Source: Eledone cirrhosa
Lineage: Eukaryota
DNA length: 64,000 nucleotides
Direction: 5' to 3'
Assembly (NCBI GenBank): GCA_964016885.1
Contig: OZ024740.1
Location: 182,280,001 to 182,344,000, forward strand
Shown: piece by piece, positions 39,948-53,110 of the stretch
How the letters are laid out: every line of letters begins with the position of its first letter
Position numbering within the stretch: position 1 is the first letter of the stretch
The notes under the pieces: model-generated
Told to the model about the DNA's origin: nothing
Database searches by the model: none
Seen by the model: only the letters and a program-made list of their open reading frames with translations
Translations under genes and position numbers: made by a program

Positions 39948-39966
39948 TATGAATAAGATCTCAATA
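39859..39966. repeat. (TA)n-centred palindrome
   Basis: TTGAGATCTTATTCATATATATGT..(TA)n..ACATATATATGAATAAGATCTCAA. Confidence 0.9.
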
Positions 39967-42789
39967 CAAATGCATGATATCTAAGATTTCAAACTTCAAA
40001 CTTCAAAGGGCATAGACATTAGATAGACATATATATTACATAGTGTTTTTTTCCTTGATCTATTCTTTTGCTCCTCTTACTCCTATATATATATGTGTGT
40101 GTGTGTGTGTGCATTTGCGTGTGTGTGAAAAAATATATACAACAAAATTTGAACTTCGACAATAAAGTGCCACAATATATATCACAAAGCATTTTGTTCA
40201 AAACTCTAATGATTCTATGGCTGAGTAGAGTGGTAGATAGACTATATAAAGTAGATATTTTATTTCATATTTTTGTTTTATATTTGTTCTTAGTTTAAGT
40301 CCTACTTGTAATCACATTGCCATTTATATTTGCCAAATCAACAACATAAGTGCTAACTGTTTATTTGTTTAATTGAATTGACATATCTGTATTATTTTAG
40401 TAACCAGAACATTCATTATTTGTCATATCCCATTAACTTTCAAACTTTATCTTGCCTTCATCAATTTGTATCCCCTATATATGCATCATCATCATTGTTG
40501 TCATCATCATCACCCTCACCAACATCACCATCATCATCGTTATCCTTATAATCAACACCACTGCCACTTTTTCAATATCCCTCTTTCTATGCTTGAATGA
40601 AAGAGATAGGTCTTCAGCATGATATGAAATTATTCTATTTTATAATGTGTCATTATATTGCTGAGGCCAAACATTTGGTACACTTTTATCAATACCTTCT
40701 TGGCCTTCCATTAATAGTATACATCATTTTGGGACATTACATATGGCATTGACTTGCATGCATACATCAATGTATGCCTCTTATATTCTATAGTATTTAC
40801 AGCCTGTCATATTCTAAGATCACTAAGTATGAAAAATAACATTACACAACCAAGTTACTATACTTAACATATTTCTCTCTAGTCTTTATTGACATGCAGC
40901 ATCATGTTTATTGTTCAAGCTTCGCAAATTTATTGTTGTTAACAGAGTTAATAGTTTCTGGAACTTTTTTCACAAAACACTTTTACCTTGGCTTAATGTT
41001 TCCCGAAGTTAGTTCTGATGAGTCCCATTGCTCATCAAAAATATTCAGGGTTTCTCTGAGTTAAAATATCTTTTAATGAAATTTAATAAAAAACTTATGT
41101 TTATCATATGAATAGATTGTCTCTCTAAATCTAATTTTCTTTTATATTTTATTAAAATTAGGTAGTGAAGATTGTCTATAAAATATAATTAAAGTTCCCT
41201 GAGTTCAGAAAATGTATATGCAGATTTAGCAAAAAATAGCTTTGGGAACCACTATTCTATATAATATATTTTTCCTATGACATCCTACAAAAGAGATACT
41301 ATAAGTACCAGAAATGATCAACCTCATCTAGTGATCCATTTGAACAATTAGTCAGAGGGTGGCCTCACTCCTAAGAAATCCCATATGTGAACTGAATAAG
41401 CCTCTACATGCCAGAAGTAACAATCAAATCACTCTCTAATTATCTAATTATACTCCATTATCTTAAAGAATGGGAAGGTATGTAGCCTACTGGTTAGAAT
41501 GTTCAGCTCATAATTGTAAAGAGATGGGTTCAGTGATTTAAAATTGTCCCAGCAGAAAAAAATGGGTAACAGCTACACCTGAGACTTAACCATGTGACAG
41601 ACTGACATCACATTCAAATGGGAGTCTTATACATTCAGTCAGTTAATGAAACTGGAATAAGCTCCAGCTTGATGAGCTTCTAGGCTTAAGAAAAATTTAA
41701 CTTAAAATCTAAAAAAAAAATTGAAGAACATATATTAAATAATGTTGTCCTAAATAGCTTCTGCAAAAATCGAAGGGTGGTCATAGAATGTCTTTCATGA
41801 GAGACCTGCTTGATCAGAGTTGACCTGGATCTAAAATAATTCCTATATATTTAGTACAATTAAAACTCCTATTTTTTAATCTGTCTATGAATGAATGATC
41901 TGTCTCTCTAGCCTATATATTCCTAATATTAAGCACACAGTTTGAGCTTCTTCCAACTACTTTCCTACATATTAAACAGAAAACTTCTCACACAAAATTA
42001 AAATGTTGAGCTTCTTCTTACTAACTAGTGCTTGCTTTATTTTACTATATCAGAATGTAGATCTTTCCTTTATATTAAAGTCTACATTTTCAGTTTTGAA
42101 AATGTAGACTTTAAAACTACTATTCTACTATTGGGACCAGTTTGTTAGCATATAAAAGTTTCCAAGTGAATCAATTTGTGAATTTCTCTAATTATTATTC
42201 TATGGATTTTGGTGGAGAGAACAGGGTTAAAGACAGAATCCTAATTAGTTCTTCCATATAAACTAAAATTAGTTCTTCCATATAAACTGAAATTGTTCTG
42301 AATTTTCACTTTGCTTACACATATTTCATAAATGTAATGAGATGATCTCATTTGTTTTCAAAATTACTGAATGAAATGAACCATCCTTCATAAGAGACAC
42401 AAGATTCTTGACATAATGAAAGCAACATGTATAAGTGAGAGACTGAAATTTAAGTTGATATAGAATAATTGGAAAGTACATTTTCACTTTGATAGTAGCT
42501 AGAAATAAGAAGTAGTAGTCTAAACATCTTGGATTACGTTTCAGTTTTCAGTGAATTGAAACCACACAAATTGAAAGATTCAATACTGATAACATACTTT
42601 TCTTTTACTGCTTTCAGACATTGGGCTGCAGAAATGCTAGGGCATCAGTTTCAAAGCATTAGCCTATCAAATTGATCCCTGTGCTAATTTCTGTCTGGTA
42701 AGTATTTTATTAATTTCTATTTGATGAACTACAAGGATGCTAATCACAGAAGGACATTATCATTAGCTATAATAATTATTAAACTATAA

Positions 42790-44780
42790 CACTGGTCAAC
42801 AGCCAAAATGGTTCTTGCACGTGAATATGTGCATCTTACTAATTTCAAAGCACTAAATTCAGTTTTGATATTCATTTTTCGCTATTGGACCAGAATGCCT
42901 TAATATGAGATCGAAAATATGTTCCTCGTATTGCATTATTTATCCATTGTGTAACATATGATGACTTAGATATAAACATATTAACTTAGTAATAAAAATA
43001 TATAAACATATTTTTTTTTTTTTTTTTAACACTTAGTATATTAATAAAACATTTCTGAACAACATTCTGAATATAACAAAATATTTCAAAACATTTCTAA
43101 AAAGATTTCTGGATTTTGCTTTTACGCTTGTTTTGCTGGCTCTCTTCACGTTGTAGTGTCCAGCAGTAGTCGCCCATCATGTTGGCATTGAACCGACCCT
43201 GATACATACTCTCCATTATGACAATGTCCTGGTGAAACCTCTCTCCATGTTCATCACTGATATCTCCTAGATTACTTGGAAAGAAATCCAGATGAGAATG
43301 GAAGAAATGAAGCTTCAACGACATTCGTGAACCCAGAGCGCAATCATTTTGTATCATGGTTTCAACAATTTCTTTATAGTTGTCTGCACGGTGGTTTCCA
43401 AGAAAATTCTGTGTCACATCTATAAATGATTTCCATGCATTAGTCTCCAAAGAGTTTAGTGTTTTCGTAAACTCACTATCATTAACCAGCATACGAATCT
43501 GAGGACCATTCAAAACCCCTGCTTTTAACGTTGCTTCAGATACCACTCTACCCAATTTCTTACACAAGTACTGAAACCCATTACCTGTATGATCCATGCT
43601 TTCAATAAAGTTTTTGGCTAAGCCTAATTTGAGATGTAATGGAGGGAGGAATACTTTTTTGGATACATGAGAGGTTTGTACAGACAGTTGAATCTACCGT
43701 GTGCATCCTTTGGTCCTGTTGGCCAATCCTTCTTCATGTAGTGCTCTGCATCTGCTCTACTATTCCACAAACATAGAAAACACATATTCTTTGTGTAACC
43801 AGTCTGAAGACCTAGAAGTAGACTAATTAAGTTGTTTATGACGATGACGAGCGGTTGTAATGTGGACGCCAGGTTCCAGCAGGTTTCGTTGCTTAAGTCT
43901 TGATCCCAGGAGTTCTGCCTTTTCTTTAGACAAATGTAGGTCTCTAATGAGATCGTGAAGAGCTTCCTGGTTAAATGGTATGGGTTCACTTGTCTCATGT
44001 TCGTCTTGATAGTCATCATCAATAGGGGTGCTACTGGAATCAGAATCAGAGATTAGCTCGTGTTCAGCAGGTGGAACTGGAACAGGTAATTCGTCACTGT
44101 GAGGTACAGGTCGGATTGCTGATGAGATATCAGGGTATTGATGTGTAGTTTGCGTCTTCACAGTTATTCCTTGGATGTTTATATGGCAGAAGTAGCAATC
44201 GTTATTGTGGTCTTTTGGTTCTCATTACACCATTGGTATGGCAAATGGCAAACCAGAGCTTCGTTTCCCATTCTTCCATTCACTTAGGTGATTAACACAT
44301 GACCTACATGCTATATGAAGCGCCCATTTCTTGTCCTGGTCTCCTAATGGACATTTGAAGTAGCATTTGTAGTTTACTCGAACTGCTTTTGTGATTGGTT
44401 TCTTTATGCTTTCTGGGGTAAAGAGTCCACAAATATAGCAAAATCGATCCAGGGCATTTACACATATTCGGCGTTCCATCTCTCCCACTAGTCAAAGTTG
44501 TTGTGAATTATCCAAGAATAGCTGAGGATAGTTAAAATTCTGTGATCTGAAATAAAAGCAGTAAGTATAAATTAGTTAACAACTAAATATAGTGGATACA
44601 ATTGGATGAAGTAATATGAGCCACATAGCTATGGGTCATAAACATGGATATGCTGGTTCTCGAAAACTAGACCCGATACAGCTTAACCGTTGTCATATTC
44701 AGATTCTGCACACTTGATTACCCTAGAATCATACTAAATTATACTAGAACCATGAAATTAATTTTTTTTTTTGACCAGTG
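42790..44780 (-). mobile_element. Chapaev3-like (CMC superfamily) DNA transposon, internally deleted
   Basis: TIR CACTGGTCAA / TTGACCAGTG with 3-bp TAA TSD; N-terminal FCYICG..GDQDKKWA.H..C..C..IPMV..EP.DH..DCYFC; C-terminal GPQIR, NFLGN, MSLKLHFFHSHLDFFP.NLG..SDEHGERFHQDI..ME..YQG....DYCW. Confidence 0.88.
43097..44488 (-). pseudogene. Chapaev3-like transposase, disrupted
   Basis: Pieces 44225-44488, 43823-44161, 43624-43830 and 43097-43597 join into one transposase with stops, frameshifts and a central gap. Confidence 0.85.
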
Positions 44781-45506
44781 TAATCACAGATTCAAATACA
44801 TACATATATCATCATAATCAGCATCATTTTATATAACTGCATGCATGGTTTGGTTAATTCATTACCATCTGAGTCAGTTCCTATTTAGAATTTTTGACTT
44901 CTTAGATGGATTGGAAGGCCTCACTTTGCCTGTATGATTTCATTTTGACATGGTTTCTATGGTTAAATGCCCATTCTAATTCCAACCACATAATACATAT
45001 ATGATAAGCTTCTGAAAAATATCCATGTACTAAAATTCCTCTCACAAGTTATTGGTTTCTTACCCTACATGCAAAGCAGGAAAATCAAACCTATGACTAG
45101 GCAGTCCTGAAGCAAATTTCTTGATCACATATCCATACCATGTTATCAGCATTTAATCATTATCAACATGTCTAATTTCCATGTTGGTATGGTTTAAACA
45201 GATCAGTGCTTAATCAAAGCTATTATTCTTCTAGATAGGTCAGGTGACCACATCTAATTACATTTCACTTTTGGCAATGTTTCTATGCTTGAACACCTTT
45301 CCTAATGACATAATGTATAGGGTTTATTTTATCACAGCACCAACACTGGACAAAGTGCTATCTCCGTCATGTGGTGGTAGATCCCGCTCTATGTTTTTGG
45401 CATAGTTTCTATGGTTGGATGCCCTTCCTAATATCAAAGCCTTTACATAGTGCACTGGATGCATTTTATTGTGGCAATATCACTAATATATAAGAGAAAA
45501 TGTATA

Positions 45507-47280
45507 TATCATCATCATCATCATCATCATCATTTTACGTCCGCTTTTCCCTGCTTGCAAGGGTGGGACGGATCTTATTCAGCACAGCATCTCTCCACTC
45601 GTCACGGTCCTTCGTCATCTCCACAGTGAGTTTCAATGATCTGAGGTCTGTTCTCACCACCTCTGCCCATGTCTTTTATGGTCTACCTCTACCACGTCTT
45701 CCTTCAACTGGCATTTCCTGGCACTTCTTCACCCATCGGTCATCATCCATGCACATCACATGTCCATACCACCCAGTCTCCTCTCTCCTGTACACTACAT
45801 TCTATCCCTCTCAGACACAGTTTCTCTCTCAACACATTCATGCTGGGTCGTTCATGCACATTTACACTGCACATCCAATGGAGCATGCTTACCTCATTTC
45901 TCCCCAGCCGTCGCATATCCTCTGCAGTTGCTGCCCATGTCTCACAACCATGCAGCATCGTGCTCCTCACACAGGCATCATACAACCGGCCTTTCGTACG
46001 CAGGGAGAAACCCTTCTTCATCAACAGAGGAAGCAGCTCCCTAAACTTCTTCCAACCCATCCTTATTCTAGATAGTATAGCCTCGGAACACCCTCCTCCC
46101 ATGCTAATCTGATCTCCTAGGTACCGGAAGCTATCCACCACTTCTATAGTGCCCTCCTGCATCAATAGTCTGCAGCAAGTTGTCACATAAGAAATTCCAG
46201 TTATTATCTATGTCATACGTCTCTAAATTGACTTTTTTTCATCATATACATCTTGAAGGGCTTTCCTAAATTTGTATTTTAGTGAAAGGTCTTTTAGCTT
46301 CCAGACCTTTCTTCTCCACACCTTCCTGTATGTCTTATTCCATCTCTTGCTTACTGAGATATCACTAATGACTAACCTATGCTGTGGGTACATTCTTCCC
46401 CAGGGTATGCCTTGGTATTAGACACTATCTGCCTGTCCTGCTGCCTAACTAGTAAGAAGTCAATCTGGCTTATGTGCTCACCAGCTTTGTAGGTTATTAG
46501 GTGATTGGCAGGTTTCTGGAAGTTTGTGTTGCAAATAGTCAATGTACCTGCATCACAAAATTCAAGAAGTCTCACTCCTTCTTCATTTCTTGAGCCATAA
46601 CCGTGCCCACCATGTACCCCAGTGTAACCATCCTGGAGCTGTCTAACATGACCATTGAAGTCTCCTGCTAGCATAACGATGTCTCCGTCCTCTGTCATTT
46701 TGGTTGTTTGTAAAAGTTGCTTGTAAAAGCAGTCTTTCTCATCTTTGCCTAGACCTGCTTGGGGAGCATAGACCGAGATGATTGTCAGTAGTCTCCTGCC
46801 TACAACTAATCTAAGCTTAATTATTCAATTACTAACTCGAACTACCTCTATTGTCTTATTGATCCGTTTCTCAGCCAGGAAAATGCCTACTCCACCTAAC
46901 CCATCATCCTTACCTACCCAGAATAGCTTATAGCTAAGACGTTTGCCTACGACTAGTCTCGCAGAGGCACCTCTCCATCTCACCTCTTGCACTCAGCACA
47001 CATCCACCTTCCTTCTCTCCAGCATCTCCGCTATTTCAGCAGATCTACCTCTGAGAGTGCCAACATTAAGTGTTGCAACTCTGAGATGCGACGTCTTCAT
47101 ATTTTGTTGTTGTTCCTATTTGTTGCTGTGCTGATAAGCGTTTTGGCATTGATACACTGGTTGGATGCCCTTCCTAACACCAGCGCCACTTTACAGCATG
47201 GACTGGGTGCTTTTATTTGTGCCACCAGCACTAGAGAGGATGTCTTACTAGACTCAAGGGCCCTCTCTACCCCTCCATTT
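45507..47280 (-). mobile_element. RTE LINE family B with the RT core deleted
   Basis: APE (TLNVGTL, GDFNGH, QIDFLL) joined at about 46190 to the C-terminal FRYLGD...MLHGCETW; (GAT)n tail; 5' UTR with GGAAGGGCATCC motif. Confidence 0.87.
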
Positions 47281-47714
47281 TACAGCATGGTCATTTAAAA
47301 AAAAAAAAAAAAAAAAACTTATTGACACGACACACACACACACACTCACACACCAATACTCATGCATACAAACACACACATATATATATATATATATATT
47401 ACCGGCAGTACTGATACAAATACAAAATCAAAATCATGTCAACTGTTGACTTTTCCCAGTCCAGTTCAGTTTTTATATAATAATAATAATTGTTTGCCTT
47501 ACGCTGGTAATGGTGGTGAATGGTGTCAGTATGGTGATGGTGGTGGTGGTGGATGGTCAGTGATGGTGGTGGCAGTTGTTGTTGCTGTAGTTGTTATTGT
47601 AGTTGCTGCTGCTGTTGCTGTTGTTGTTGTTGTTGTTGCTGCTGCTGCCATTGTTGTTATATATAATATAAGCAAGTATTGCACCAAGAAATATAAAATG
47701 TTGGTGTGAAGAGG

Positions 47715-48635
47715 TTATGAATTTATTTGCTTTGACATATGTTTCTGTGTCTATTATAAATTGTCTACATATGCTGACTACAATATATAGTGTTCAATCA
47801 TATGCAACACTTAATTATTTATTACATTTCATCAGAGAGATTATAGTAGTGGAATTCAACTGTTCACCACGAAGTAGAATTCAGTAATGAGATTTTGTTT
47901 AAGGAAATGTAAATAAGTTAAAAATAGCATGAAATACAGTCATTTAGTGTGATAGTAGAGAGAAGAGGAAGTGAGGGTAAAGGGTTTCATACTATCAATC
48001 CGTGTGCTGTGATGTGGAACATTTATTCTTTGACCATTGTTATAGGTGAAGGTTTTGATGTTTACCATATATGGAGGTAGGGGAGGTATAAGGAGAGAGA
48101 CAGAGAAAGGTAAGGTAGTTATTAACAGTAGGCTAGAGTGGGTAAGGAGGAAAGGAATTAAGAAAATGGGATTGTTTTGAATATTACTGAATCCATTGGG
48201 TGTGAAATGTTCAAATGTCACAGTAAATGTACCCAATAGAATACATTAAAACCTAGGTATTACGGATCAAATGTTGATCTAGTTCAGTTTGTACTTAAGG
48301 AAGGATTTAAGAACTTTGTGTTTGATCGTGCCCGGAATTTAAAAGGTCCTGGCTGGTGACTATTTCAATTACCTCCGCCAAACCTAATTCACATGGGTGT
48401 CTTTCATTCTGGTATGGATGGACAAACTTTAGCATGGACCACTGTAGTGTATATTCAATATTAGTGCATTTCAGAGACCAGATTCTTTTTGCCAGGGACG
48501 TAGATTTTGCCAAACTGGTGTTTTTAATGTGTGGGTGTGCACATACCATCTTTTCTTCAAAATATTTGAAGTGGAACCCACATATTTATATATCCCCAGT
48601 TTAGATTTTACCACACATTGATGATATTTCTGTAT
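47715..48635 (-). mobile_element. Penelope-like element 3' end with hammerhead-like motif
   Basis: STSLAKRIWSLK...QWSML...CELGLAE...LLN (GIY-YIG C-terminus); CTGATGA...GAAACATATGTC followed by AATAAA. Confidence 0.78.
47730..47839 (-). ncRNA. Type I hammerhead ribozyme-like motif (probably decayed)
   Basis: CTCT-CTGATGA-(about 85 nt)-GAAA-CATATG-TC-AAAG: both core boxes, palindromic stem III, GUC triplet, 3 of 4 stem I pairs. Confidence 0.6.
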
Positions 48636-48654
48636 AAGCATTTACTCGATATAT

Positions 48655-48760
48655 AACATAAGAATGAATCATCTTCATACATTTCAAACATGATAAATTT
48701 CAAATTCATCATTCCAAATATCACTCTGTATATATATCTTCTCTTGCCCGCTCTCTCTCA

Positions 48761-48850
<90 letters not shown>

Positions 48851-48852
48851 AC

Positions 48853-48934
<82 letters not shown>

Positions 48935-49029
48935 CAAGAGAAGATATATATATACAGAGTGATATTTGGAATGATGAATTTGAAATTTATCATGTTTGAA
49001 AATGTATGAAGATGATTCATTCTTATGTT
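48655..49029. repeat. 375-bp palindrome centred on (CT)n(AT)n(AG)n
   Basis: About 93 bp of unique sequence is mirrored almost perfectly on both sides of the microsatellite. Confidence 0.93.
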
Positions 49030-49732
49030 GAATAAGAACTTACAAATATTACATCAAATATAATGAAAATTTATCCTTTTTAACATTTTCAGACTAACTC
49101 AAATTATCTTTTCTCACCATACAGACATCATCAAATTTCAAAGTGATGAGTAATCTACTGTTTCAAAAAATTTTCCAGTTAATAAAAATTTAATATCTGA
49201 CATGTAATGTCAGAAGAATGACATGTAATTCGAATATATATTTCATGAATATCATCTCTAACAGACCTACAGACATGAAAATTAACTATATTTCATGTTA
49301 TTGTCATTGGAAAAATAAAACTAAATTGGAGTAGTGCTAATATTAAAATTCTGAAATTTGGCAAGGTCATGATCTCTAATAAGTTTGAATTACTATGTTA
49401 GAATTGTCAGTTTTGATGCCACCGTAGTATCAGGACAGAAGGAAATTATATGTTCATGATAATTATCATTTTTAACATGTATGGAGTCAAAAAAGGAATG
49501 AAAATTCTGTAGAAAAAATTGTGAATATTTTAACATATATAATCTTTTATGTTTTAATGTTTTACTGATTTCAGGCATTAGTATGCAGTAAGCCAATGAC
49601 ACTGCTTTGAATTATTGTTTTACTGATTTAGTCATTAGACTAACGTAGGCCAGGGACAATGTCTTGATTTACTCAAGCATATCAACATCAATAATTATTT
49701 CTTTCAAGTTTGCTACATATTTTATGGACACA

Positions 49733-50121
49733 AATACAAACGCGAAATATGTTTGATTATTTGGAAGCCTTACAATGTGTGTTTGGTAAAAATGCCAAGG
49801 TAATAAGAAAGTAGAAGAAAATAAAAACATAGTGAAGCAAAGTAAAAAAGTGAGGACCATTAGGAGTTACCATAGGAATTTTTAATAATCCCAAATATTT
49901 TCTGACTTACCATCCACTATGAAGGACTCTTATGGACTCACCTTGATAGTAAATCCAAAAGTATTTGTGATTATTAAAAATTGCTAAATTAACTTCTTAT
50001 TGTCCTCACACTTTTACTTTACTTCACTGCATTTTTTCTTCTACTTTCATATTTCCTTGTCATTTTTACCAAACACACATTGCTATGTTTCCAAATAATC
50101 AAACGTATTTCGTATTTGTAT
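49733..50121. repeat. Diverged long inverted repeat (old fold-back or MITE)
   Basis: ATACAAA..TTTGATTATTTGGAA..CAATGTGTGTTTGGTAAAAATG mirrored by CATTTTTACCAAACACACATTG..TTCCAAATAATCAAA..TTTGTAT. Confidence 0.8.
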
Positions 50122-50534
50122 CTCATATTCCACAATGCTTCAAGCAAACTACCACACATCATATTTTATTGAAATTCTCTGCTATGGGAAATAAACATAG
50201 GCAAACACATGTATATATATATATCGCTACTGCCTCCTGATCTCTACAAACCCTTGCAACCTTTTCTCTGTGTGTGTATGTGTATTTGTATGTGTGTAGG
50301 TATATGCAGAATTTCACATACATAGGTATATGTCCCTACGCTGGACATCTCATATACATGCAACTGTCACATCTCTACATCTTACTGCAGCCATCTTGGT
50401 TACAGTCTAACATATTCATTCCCAGCCTTTCCCAAAGAAACAAACCAAATTACACACACACACTCACCCCCAATCACATATCCTATCAAATTGTACAAGG
50501 TTTATCTCCCTTTCAAAACCTCTCTAATATCTGG

Positions 50535-50750
50535 GTTGTTTGTGGAAGACCAGCAGTTGCCCATGCATACCAGCCTCCACTCTCTATGCCACCGATGATG
50601 TCCAAAGGAAAGGCAATGGCCAATGCACCTTGACACCAGTGATGTCAACACATTTCTACAGCTGAGTAAAAAGGACACAAAGCATCATCCAGTCTGAGAA
50701 TCGAACTAACAACCTTCCGTTTGCAAGCCCACTAAGCCATGTCCCTTCAC
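50535..50750 (-). mobile_element. Degenerate tRNA-headed SINE
   Basis: CATTTCTACAGCTGAGTAAA...GAATCGAACT...CCACTAAGCCATG. Confidence 0.6.
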
Positions 50751-51489
50751 CATTGACACTACAAAAATAGGTACTGATGTTTCTTCATGTTCCACAAAAA
50801 CACTATGTTCAGAGGAACTTTAAGAAAGGGCTTCCAGCTGTAGAATCTTACCTCACCCAATCCATGCTAGCATGGAAAAGATGATATAATAATTGCTAAG
50901 ATGATGATGATACTAATGATGATTGGCATAATTGAAGTTAAAGCTAGTGACAAATGTATTCTTATGACAATTCTAAAATCCCTAAGAGAATCAAAATTAT
51001 TGTTCCTAAAATGTATGGAGTCCTTAGAATTGTTATTTTTGTAAAGCATTTGTATAATTAAAATTGTGAACTTTGGAAATTATAAAATTCTGACATTATT
51101 ATGATGTCAAATCTGTCATATTTTTATGACGAATTAATATAAAGGAGATTTCTCTCATTTTGTAATATGTTAATATAGTTGTTACTTTGTACATCTTAAA
51201 GTGATAATAGATAACTCAGCTCTGTTATATAAGATAAGATGTGGTTCTTGTTGTTTATCCCCATATGAATCCTAATAAAGCACCTACGGCCATAGGCACT
51301 GTTGCCATAACAAGCAAATCTTATATTTGGATATGGTGTTAGATCATTATACATGACATGTCATATTTCAGATATGATGAAAAATAAAACAAAAATAACG
51401 GTTTTGCTAATGTGATTTCATTTATTTGCAGATTCTGTGTAAATAGAGCAAGTAATAATTCAATTTAGTGAATGTGAACCCTTAATAAC

Positions 51490-51900
51490 AATGGTTGATA
51501 CTGAAGAAGTAAGAATCATTTTCAAGTATGAATACAAGTATGAATGGACACAATGCAACTCAAGCTGCCATTAATATCAACAAAGCCTTTGGGGAAAACA
51601 CTACTACAGTACGGACTGTTCAACGTTTGTTCAATAAATTTAAATCTGGCAATATGGATATGAATAATGAACCTCGAGAAAGGCCACAATCTTTTCCTGA
51701 TGATTATGAATTGTCAGAAGCAGGGGTTAACACCCAACAAACTACAGTTTGAGAAAATGCTGAAAACATTAATATTTCAACAACAACCCATATCTCAACT
51801 CAGAGATACTATGCCACCTTGAAGTCTGTTTATGACTTGTCATGAAACAAAACAGGGATCCATTTTTAAAATTAATTGTGTTGAAAAGTGGTCCTATACA
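51490..51900 (+). mobile_element. Mariner (Tc1/mariner) transposase relic
   Basis: VRIIFKYEY..GHNATQAAININKAFGENTTTVRTVQRLFNKFKSGNMDMNNEPR.RP, the Mos1-type N-terminal HTH. Confidence 0.8.
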
Positions 51901-52557
51901 ATAGCATAGCGAAACTATTGTTGCCACTATAATTGAACAAACATTTCATCAAAGGCATTCCTCCTATGATGGTGCTGTCTTTTAATGAGAATGTAGTTTA
52001 TGGAAAACGTTTCAGTATCTTATTTCTAGAAAATATTTTTAAAACTTTTTATTATCTAACTTTACCAAATATGAATTTATTTGAATAATTATATATCTAT
52101 TTTTAAGGGTTTCATGTAAGCTGATTTGTAAGCTGTTATTTGTAAGCTGATTCATGTTCACGATAAAAGTAACAAACACATTCCTTTATTTATTCATGTA
52201 ATCAATTTAAATGTAAGTCTAGAGATATTAAGACATAACAGACTAGAGGAAGAATCTCATACTTTTTACAGTTGAGAGACAAAAAACAGGATATCAAAGA
52301 TATGCAAATATAAAAATCAAAATGAAAAACATTTTTTAAATGAAATAGAAAATTTAAAAAGAGAAGGTCAGTGGGATCAAAATAAACATAAAAGAATGAT
52401 AAGGAAAAAGTGGGAAGCAAGGGAAGCTGTAAATCAGCTAGCAGATTCTTCTTGTATCCATTTTTCAGATGCTTAAATCTAATGAAATAATGTCCATAAA
52501 TATTCTAGCATCTATCAACATTTCTCTTTTTTTAATAAATCCTAGGCTATTACTTCA

Positions 52558-52736
52558 GGGTGGTGAATTGGCAGTATCGGTAGAGGGTTGGACGCCATGC
52601 TTTCCAGCATAGATACGTCTCTTTACAGTCAGTTCAAATCCCATCGAGGTTAATTTTGACTTTCATCCTTACGGGGTCGATAAAATAAAGTAGTGGATAA
52701 ATGCTGGCCTTGTACCAAAAGTAGATACAATTATTA
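52558..52736 (+). mobile_element. OK-like SINE
   Basis: Consensus match. Confidence 0.88.
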
Positions 52737-52932
52737 TCATCATAAGAATAAAGTAAAGCAATCACATTTGATCCTGTCAGTAATCGTGTGCTGGTCTCGA
52801 AATTTAAGCCCTGTTCATTCTATAAGTTCTTTCTATAAGCAAATGGTGAAACTGTAAATGGCCCAGAAAACAGACCTGAACGTTGACACCATAATTTACA
52901 CTTCTAATTCATTGTCTTAAGGTGTCAGAATA

Positions 52933-53110
52933 ATAATTGTTTCTACTTTTGGCACAAGGCCAGCAAATACCCAGTGTATTACTGGTACTTTATTTTTACA
53001 ACCCCGTAAGGATGAAAGGCAAATTAACCTCAGCAGGATTTGAACTCAGGACGGCAAGCGCCGTAACTCATGGCATCCGACCCTCTACCGATACTGCCAA
53101 TCCACCGCCC
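52933..53110 (-). mobile_element. OK-like SINE
   Basis: Consensus match. Confidence 0.88.

Noticed and set aside
42076-42112. Short hairpin AAAGTCTACATTTTCA/TGAAAATGTAGACTTT
   Set aside because: Real but too short and isolated to assign; not a bacterial-type terminator in this context
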